From Desulfocapsa sulfexigens DSM 10523 (lineage in GTDB: Bacteria; Desulfobacterota; Desulfobulbia; Desulfobulbales; Desulfocapsaceae), in the NCBI RefSeq assembly GCF_000341395.1, contig NC_020304.1, positions 1,530,001-1,562,000 of the forward strand: DNA of 32,000 nucleotides. The letters run 5' to 3'. This document shows, piece after piece, positions 26,298 to 32,000 of the stretch. Every line of letters begins with the position of its first letter. Positions within the stretch are counted from its first letter, which is position 1. A program made the translations under genes and the position numbers. The notes beneath the pieces were generated by a model that saw nothing but the letters and a program-made list of their open reading frames with translations, was not told the DNA's origin and searched no databases.

Positions 26298-28223
26298 TCA
26301 TTGTTCATACATGATATTTCCAGAGTCCCGCAGGTTGTAGCCACCAAGTGCCAGTACCAGCTTTTGAAATTCACTGTTGTTGCGAATTACATCAAGAAGA
26401 GTTTTTATCTTTAAGTCATTCAAAAATTCTTTGGGAATGATAAGGTCATAGCGTTCTTCGGCTACCGGTACAAAATCAAGATTGAGAGCATTTGCTGCAG
26501 CCAGAATTCCCATACCGCAATTCACGCTGCCGTTGGCAATGGATGCTGCCACACTCATATGGGTGTATTCTTCATGCTCATATCCGTTAATTGTGGTTGG
26601 ATCGATATTCATGTCTCTGAGTGTTTTGTCGGTGAGCAGCCGGGTACCTGCACCATTCTGGCGGTTGATGAAACTGTATTTATTCTTTGCCACATCCTCA
26701 AATCCTTTGATTTTAAGGGGGTTTCCTTTGGCAACAATCAAACCCTGCTGACGGTAGCAGAGGTTGATAAGCTGCAGGGGGACATCTGGAAGAAAGCGTT
26801 TGATAAAGGAGATATTGTACTCACCTGTTTCCTCATCCAAAAGATGACTTCCGGCCAAATGTGCCTCCCCGCGCCTGATGGCCATGATACCTCCCATGGA
26901 TCCAACATGAGCTGAGGATATGCGGATGGTTTTTCGTCCCTTGTGAAGGAGATTTGCAAGGACATCAATGATGTTATCATGGCTACCAATGGCAACCAGT
27001 GTTGACTGCACATCGGTGAGAGGACGCAACAGTTCGATCTCTACTTCCTCACCTGCTCCAACTCCCTCGGATCCCGCTTTAAGGGTGAGGATTCCATCGG
27101 CCCGAACCAGAGACATCACCGCACCTGCGCCTTTTCCGGCAGGTGTTGCCATGAGTTCATCACCCACCTGACCCAGGGTAATACGTACAAATTCGTCCAC
27201 TCCCATGGCTGAGTGCATGGGGCGTGACATGCGGGCTGTGGCCCATTGTGTCGGCGGCATCTTCATGTCCATAAAGTCATAGATCATTTCATGAACAAAG
27301 ATGCGCATGGTGAGTATGGCAGAGACCGGGTAGCCGGGCAGGCCAATTACCGGGGTGTTGTCCACAATGGCAAGAATTACCGGTTTCCCAGGCTTGGTTG
27401 CAACACCATGAACAACCACTTCGCCAAGTTCTGCGAGTACGGTTGATGTGTAGTCACGGGTTCCGGCGGAGGCTCCCGCATTCATAACCACAATATCATT
27501 CTCTTTTACTGCTTTGCTTATAGCGTCACGAAGTTGTTCTTTGTCATCGGAAATGGGCTTGGCGCCCGTTGCCACCGCTCCCCATTCGTTGAGAGTACCT
27601 GCAAGAATACGGGAATTAAATTCAATAATCTGGCCGGGGGCCGGAGGAGTGCCCGGTTGGATAAGTTCGGATCCCGTGGGGATAACCAGCACCTTGGGGG
27701 GAACCTTCACAAATACTCTGGTGACTCCGGTGGCAAGCATGGCCCCCTGGTCAATGGGTCGGATTGTGTGTCCCTCCGGCAGGATCAGTTCCGTTGCCAC
27801 AATGTCTTCACCAATGGTGCGGACGTGCTGCCAGGGGGTTGCAGGGATAGCCAGCTCCACCTCATTTTCATTAATGTAGTGGACATCCTCTATCATTACT
27901 ACGGCATCAAATTCCTGTGGCAGGCTGTTTCCGGTATTGACGGCTTTGAACTGTGTGGGGCCCAGTCGTACAGGCGCAGCATCACTGGCAGAGGCCAGAT
28001 CAGCAAAATGAACAGCAATACCGTCCATGGCAGCTGCGTTATAGGCAGGAGAAGAATGGCCTGCAAAGACAGGGGCTCCGGTTATCCGTCCAAGTGCTTT
28101 TTCTACTTCAATCTCTTTGACTTTTGCGCCATGATAAAAGTTGATTTCTTGGAGTGCATTATGCCATTTCTCTTTCGCTTCACCGAGTGGCATGTTCTTT
28201 ACGTAAATGTCTTTCTGATTCAT
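26298..28223 (-). CDS. moeA: Molybdopterin molybdenum/tungsten-transferase MoeA fused to a C-terminal periplasmic-binding-protein-like (PBP_like) domain
   Basis: The 641-aa protein has a MoeA core (SPAYNAAAMDGIAV, VIPTGSEL, VVMNAGASAGTRDY, GVATKPGKPV, IGLPGYPVSA). Its ~230-aa C-terminal extension (VAIGSHDN...GSMGGIMAIRRGEAHLAG...NRQNGAGTR) is of the oxyanion-binding PBP type seen in ModE-like or MoeA fusion proteins. An ATGA overlap links it to the upstream moeA. Confidence 0.9.
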   Translation of the reverse strand: MNQKDIYVKNMPLGEAKEKWHNALQEINFYHGAKVKEIEVEKALGRITGAPVFAGHSSPAYNAAAMDGIAVHFADLASASDAAPVRLGPTQFKAVNTGNSLPQEFDAVVMIEDVHYINENEVELAIPATPWQHVRTIGEDIVATELILPEGHTIRPIDQGAMLATGVTRVFVKVPPKVLVIPTGSELIQPGTPPAPGQIIEFNSRILAGTLNEWGAVATGAKPISDDKEQLRDAISKAVKENDIVVMNAGASAGTRDYTSTVLAELGEVVVHGVATKPGKPVILAIVDNTPVIGLPGYPVSAILTMRIFVHEMIYDFMDMKMPPTQWATARMSRPMHSAMGVDEFVRITLGQVGDELMATPAGKGAGAVMSLVRADGILTLKAGSEGVGAGEEVEIELLRPLTDVQSTLVAIGSHDNIIDVLANLLHKGRKTIRISSAHVGSMGGIMAIRRGEAHLAGSHLLDEETGEYNISFIKRFLPDVPLQLINLCYRQQGLIVAKGNPLKIKGFEDVAKNKYSFINRQNGAGTRLLTDKTLRDMNIDPTTINGYEHEEYTHMSVAASIANGSVNCGMGILAAANALNLDFVPVAEERYDLIIPKEFLNDLKIKTLLDVIRNNSEFQKLVLALGGYNLRDSGNIMYEQ

Positions 28224-29491
28224 TGGAGGAGGGTTACCTTAACTTGAGAACCTTTATTTATTCCCTGGGTTGGCTCATCAATGAGGAAGTACCCATGGGC
28301 GCGGGAGAGAGTGGATATCGATCCTGATTTTCCAAGAACGGGAATGGCAAGTGGTGGCATGTCTTCCTGCTCCTGGAGCTGAACACGGACAAAATCAAGC
28401 CTGCCCGCAGCCGAGTTAATATTTCTATCAATAATTGCCGTGATAGATTGGGTAAACTGTTTGTTTGGGGTTGGAGCGCCTGCAAAAAAGCGTATGGCAG
28501 GATCTACAAACAGCTCAAAGCAGACCATGGCCGAGACAGGGTGTCCTGGCAGACCAAAAATTGCTGTTCCATGGCTCAGTCCAATAATAACTGGTTTGCC
28601 GGGTTTTAGCGCCACACCATGAACAAGGATGCCGGGGTTGCCAAGCTTTTCAATCACCCGTTCTCCTAAATCCCGCATCCCTACGGAACTACCGCCGGAA
28701 AAGAGCACCACGTTGTTTTCTCCGGTGGCACGTTCAAGTGTGGCAAAGAAAATATCCTCACTGTCGGAGACTATGCCGTAATCGGTGACCTCTGCTCCAA
28801 GACGTCTACATGATGCAGCCAGGGTTATTCCATTGATGTTACGAATTTTTCCAGGTGGAGGTGATTCCGACCATGGGACAATCTCATCTCCGGTGGAGAG
28901 GATACCGACCCTTGGGCGGGTATATACTGCAACGTCTGCAATACCCAGGCCTGCAAGCAAGCCAAGATCCTGAGGACGGAGCAGATGGCCTTTGGGGAGT
29001 GCGGGGTTCCCCTTTTTAATATCCTCGCCTCGGTTGATCAGATTGATTCCTACCCCCACACTTTTGACCACCTCTATCATCTTGCCGTCAACGGGAATGG
29101 TGTGCTCAAACATCACAACTGCATCGCTGCCTTCTGGCAGGAGACCGCCGGTAGCAATGCGGAAACATTTTCCCTGCACTACTTTGCCCGTAGGCATCTG
29201 GCCCATGGCCACCTCTCCATCAATCTCCAGATAGCAGGGCATGGAACTGCTTGCACCAAAGGTGTCTGCTGCCCGCACTGCAAAACCATCCATGGTAGAC
29301 CGAGGGTGGGTTGGTAGATCCTCAGGTGAAAGGAGATCTTTTGCCAGGAGTCTATCCAGGGCATCGGGTAATGGACAGGTTTCCGTCTGTCTGGTACTGC
29401 CTGTCAGTGCGTTGAGGAGAACGGATTGCGCTTTTTTTACCGGCGTGAGGCTGACGCGGCCAAGCATGTCTTTCAGTCTATCGGTTGTCAT
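28220..29491 (-). CDS. moeA: Molybdopterin molybdenum/tungsten-transferase MoeA (stand-alone paralog)
   Basis: The 423-aa protein has the MoeA motifs HPRSTMDGFAVRAADT, ILSTGDEI, VLFSGGSSVGMRD, GVALKPGKPV and FGLPGHPVSA. Confidence 0.9.
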   Translation of the reverse strand: MTTDRLKDMLGRVSLTPVKKAQSVLLNALTGSTRQTETCPLPDALDRLLAKDLLSPEDLPTHPRSTMDGFAVRAADTFGASSSMPCYLEIDGEVAMGQMPTGKVVQGKCFRIATGGLLPEGSDAVVMFEHTIPVDGKMIEVVKSVGVGINLINRGEDIKKGNPALPKGHLLRPQDLGLLAGLGIADVAVYTRPRVGILSTGDEIVPWSESPPPGKIRNINGITLAASCRRLGAEVTDYGIVSDSEDIFFATLERATGENNVVLFSGGSSVGMRDLGERVIEKLGNPGILVHGVALKPGKPVIIGLSHGTAIFGLPGHPVSAMVCFELFVDPAIRFFAGAPTPNKQFTQSITAIIDRNINSAAGRLDFVRVQLQEQEDMPPLAIPVLGKSGSISTLSRAHGYFLIDEPTQGINKGSQVKVTLLQ

Positions 29492-30075
29492 GTCCGGTTC
29501 CTGATAGTAAGTATGATCTTGTCGTCGCTTTCAAGGTGACTAGTAACCGTGTCGGAACCAAGATCTTTGCCATTAAGGGTAATTGTCTGGATAGCTGCAA
29601 GAAGTGGTGGCCGATAAGCAAGAAATTTTTTCAGAGATACTGATGCAACAACGCAACTCTTTTCTAAGAGTTCAACGCCTTTTTCAACGGCAATCATGTT
29701 GAATAGCTTTAAGCGAACCTGGACGGGTTGGTCGTCCCTCTTGACCCCGGAAGGTTCGGTCGCAGTTTCAGTACGAAGAGATGAGTGGACTCCTCCTTTA
29801 CGAAATATTGCACCGGCAAGACCTGGCATGGCTGCAGAAATGGCAAGTACAACCTGCTGTCCCCAGAGATGCTGTTCAAGATTGTCTGCGGGCAGTCCAT
29901 TTAAAAAAATTGTCTGAACCCTGCTCTTTACATATTCAACTGAGAAACCGGGGAGGGCAAAGAGCAGATCACCTATGCTGGTTCCCTGGTTCACTTCAAG
30001 GTATATTCCACTCTGAAGTAATGTGGTGAACCTGGGAAGTGACCCACTTTCCACGGTGAGGGTGATATGCTTCAT
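29488..30075 (-). CDS. Hypothetical protein, possibly two tandem MoaD/ThiS-like beta-grasp domains without terminal Gly-Gly
   Basis: The 195-aa ORF starts 9 nt after the upstream permease stop, and its TGA overlaps the moeA ATG (ATGA 29488-29491). I recognise no named family. The beta-grasp reading is pattern inference only (see findings). Confidence 0.6.
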   Translation of the reverse strand: MKHITLTVESGSLPRFTTLLQSGIYLEVNQGTSIGDLLFALPGFSVEYVKSRVQTIFLNGLPADNLEQHLWGQQVVLAISAAMPGLAGAIFRKGGVHSSLRTETATEPSGVKRDDQPVQVRLKLFNMIAVEKGVELLEKSCVVASVSLKKFLAYRPPLLAAIQTITLNGKDLGSDTVTSHLESDDKIILTIRNRT

Positions 30076-30084
30076 TGGCAGTGC

Positions 30085-31182
30085 TCACATTCGTTGAACA
30101 TATTGGTCGTATTTGGCAAAATAGATCTCCGTCAGTGTCAGAAAACCGGTGACTATCAAAGGCCCATAAATAATGCCCAATACCCCGTAAACACTGAGGC
30201 CTCCGAGGATAGACAAAAACACCAGCAGAGTATGCATCTGCACCTCATTCCCAACCATCTTGGGTTTTACCAGATATTCGATAGAAAAGGAAAGGGAGAG
30301 ATAGAAGAAAAAGATAAAAACACCCTGCCCTACACTGCCGTTCAGCATAAGGATCAGGGCAGTTGGTATCATTACAAGGCCAATGCCGAATATGGGAAGG
30401 AAGGCCAGAATGGCCATGATGCCACCCCAGAGAAGAGGCGAACTCAGGCCCATGATGGAAAAAACGACACCTCCCAGTATACCCTGTATCAGGCCGCAGA
30501 TACCGTTTCCTTTTAGTATGGCATTAGCAATTTCCTCGAATTTTTCCAGGAGTAACCTGTCCTCATCGTCCGGGAGTGGTGATACGGCAATTATAAATTT
30601 GATCAATTTGTCCTGATCGATGAGTAGAAAAAAGATGGTCAGAATCATCATAAAAAAGAGGAAGATAAACTGAAGGATATTTGCCGCCCAGGAGCTCGCC
30701 TGGTTGTAAATAAAGAGTCCTGCCATTTTGGCTAGATAGGAAAACATCGAAGTGATCTGGGCTGGTTCAAAACTGAAGCCAAATCCTTTGAGGTAGTCCT
30801 GAAACTGGAGAATGAGTGGACTGTCCTGGAGGAAGATCTGAAGTTTCATCCCTACCTGAGTGCTGCGTCCCCAGTGATAAAGGCCTAATGCCTCGCTTGA
30901 GAGGGCCCCGACAAAAAAGAGGAGTGGGATGAAAACTATGAATATTATGAGGAGGCAGGTGAATATTGATGCCCCTGTTTCAGGTATTTTTCTGGAGAGT
31001 ATTCGATAGACAGGTCGGAAAATATTAGTGAGCAGAAAGGAGAGCACCAGGATAGACCAGAAGGGCCAGAGGATGTGGCCAAGAAAAAGGATGGAGATAA
31101 GGAAAATAAACAGGAAATACCAGATTCTCATGGAATTGGGCCTGTTTGTCAGTTTTACCGGTGGCGTGGAGTGTTCATTCAT
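30085..31182 (-). CDS. AI-2E family transporter (PerM/UPF0118 permease)
   Basis: The 365-aa polytopic membrane protein has the family's characteristic central cytoplasmic segment (LIDQDKLIKFIIAVSPLPDDEDRLLLEKFEEIANAILKGN). This is followed by GLIQGILGGVVFSIMGLSSPLLWGGIMAILAFLPIFG. Confidence 0.85.
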   Translation of the reverse strand: MNEHSTPPVKLTNRPNSMRIWYFLFIFLISILFLGHILWPFWSILVLSFLLTNIFRPVYRILSRKIPETGASIFTCLLIIFIVFIPLLFFVGALSSEALGLYHWGRSTQVGMKLQIFLQDSPLILQFQDYLKGFGFSFEPAQITSMFSYLAKMAGLFIYNQASSWAANILQFIFLFFMMILTIFFLLIDQDKLIKFIIAVSPLPDDEDRLLLEKFEEIANAILKGNGICGLIQGILGGVVFSIMGLSSPLLWGGIMAILAFLPIFGIGLVMIPTALILMLNGSVGQGVFIFFFYLSLSFSIEYLVKPKMVGNEVQMHTLLVFLSILGGLSVYGVLGIIYGPLIVTGFLTLTEIYFAKYDQYVQRM

Positions 31183-31372
31183 TTTATTCTTTTCTCTGTC
31201 GCCTCTCTACTCCTGAAGCAGGAAAATGTTGCAATTTCCACGGAGTTGAGTACTTTTATGTCCTTTCCGGAGAGTACTGTCCAAACAGTATTTTCCGATC
31301 ACCTTACAATTACTATTCACTATATAATGGACTGCGGTTGTTTTAAAGGGAAACCGTAAAAGAGGCACATCA

Positions 31373-32000
31373 TGTGGAAAGATTTAGATATATCGGTGGT
31401 TAGATGCGACTCCGAGAAACGAAAGGATAAGCCGGATCAAAAGAATCTCGGCTTCGGTAAATTTTTCACCGATCACATGTTCCTTATGAAATGGGATCGC
31501 GAAAATGGCTGGCATAATGCTGAAATCTGTCCCTATCAGAATTTCAGCATGGATCCTGCTGCCATGGTTTATCACTACGGTCAGGCGATCTTCGAAGGTT
31601 TAAAAGCCTATAAGGGTGAAAATGACCAGATCTACATGTTTCGCCCTGAAGATAATCTGGAGCGCATGAACAGCTCGGCACTTCGTATGTGTATGCCGCG
31701 TATTCCTGTGGATAAGGTCCTGAAAGGCATTAAGGCTCTTGTCTATCTCGATCGGGACTGGATCCCCAGTGGTGATGGCGCAACACTCTATCTTCGTCCT
31801 ACCATGGTTGCTGTTGAGCCGGCACTTGGTGTCCGGCCCTCCAGTCAATACTATTTCTTCGTCATCATGTCCCCGGTTGGTGCCTACTACGCTGAAGGTT
31901 TTAATCCCACCAAGATCTGGGTGACAGACAAATATGTCCGGGCAGTCAAAGGTGGTGTGGGGCATGTCAAAACCGCGGGTAATTACGCAGCATCAATCAT
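31373..32000 (+). CDS. ilvE: Branched-chain amino acid aminotransferase (class IV), 3'-truncated by the window edge
   Basis: ATG 31373 is preceded by AAGAGG (31361-31366). The frame is open to the window end and is missing from the ORF track because it has no stop. It reads MWKDLDISVV...NLGFGKFFTDHMFLMKW...MDPAAMVYHYGQAIFEGLKAYKGENDQIYMFRPEDNLERMNSSALRMCMP...LYLRPTMVAVEPALGVRPS...VGAYY...VRAVKGGVGHVKTAGNYAASI, which is typical of long-form BCAT. Confidence 0.9.

Noticed and set aside
1-32000. I looked for CRISPR arrays, tRNA/rRNA genes, IS elements and transposases, integrases, toxin-antitoxin pairs and defence-system genes.
   Set aside because: I saw no regularly spaced direct repeats, no cloverleaf-like or rRNA-like segments, and no transposase, integrase or nuclease-type ORFs. 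The window reads as core or metabolic chromosome rather than a mobile or defence island.

Overview
This is a gene-dense, mostly operonic chromosomal segment from a Gram-negative bacterium. The gene content (tungsten-type aldehyde:ferredoxin oxidoreductase, a sigma-54 promoter) suggests an anaerobic Desulfobacterota-like organism, but that taxonomy is inference only. (1) Bases 1-10158 (+) hold one translationally coupled unit: a STAS anti-sigma antagonist (5' partial), an RsbW-like Ser kinase, bcsA, bcsB, bcsZ, bcsC and a REC-PP2C phosphatase. This is a cellulose synthase operon bracketed by a partner-switching module. (2) Bases 10217-15912 (+) encode a tripartite RND efflux system in OMF-MFP-RND order. 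(3) Bases 15913-16549 are a long AT-rich non-coding region ending in a good sigma-54 promoter. It is followed by a TorF-family porin, a hairpin terminator, glutamate decarboxylase and a nitrilase-superfamily C-N hydrolase. (4) Bases 20058-31182 look like a tungsten/molybdenum-cofactor island. It contains the aor-moaD-thiF operon (-), a divergent tandem-Cache/PAS hybrid histidine kinase (+), and a (-) operon of AI-2E-family permease, an uncharacterised 195-aa protein, moeA, a moeA-PBP fusion and a small membrane protein. (5) Bases 31373-32000 are the 5' part of ilvE, which runs off the window. I recognised no rRNA, tRNA, CRISPR array, transposase or phage genes. The observations most worth following up are the partner switch wired into the bcs operon, an apparent homopolymer frameshift at the bcsZ 3' end, and the 195-aa protein coupled to the moeA pair.
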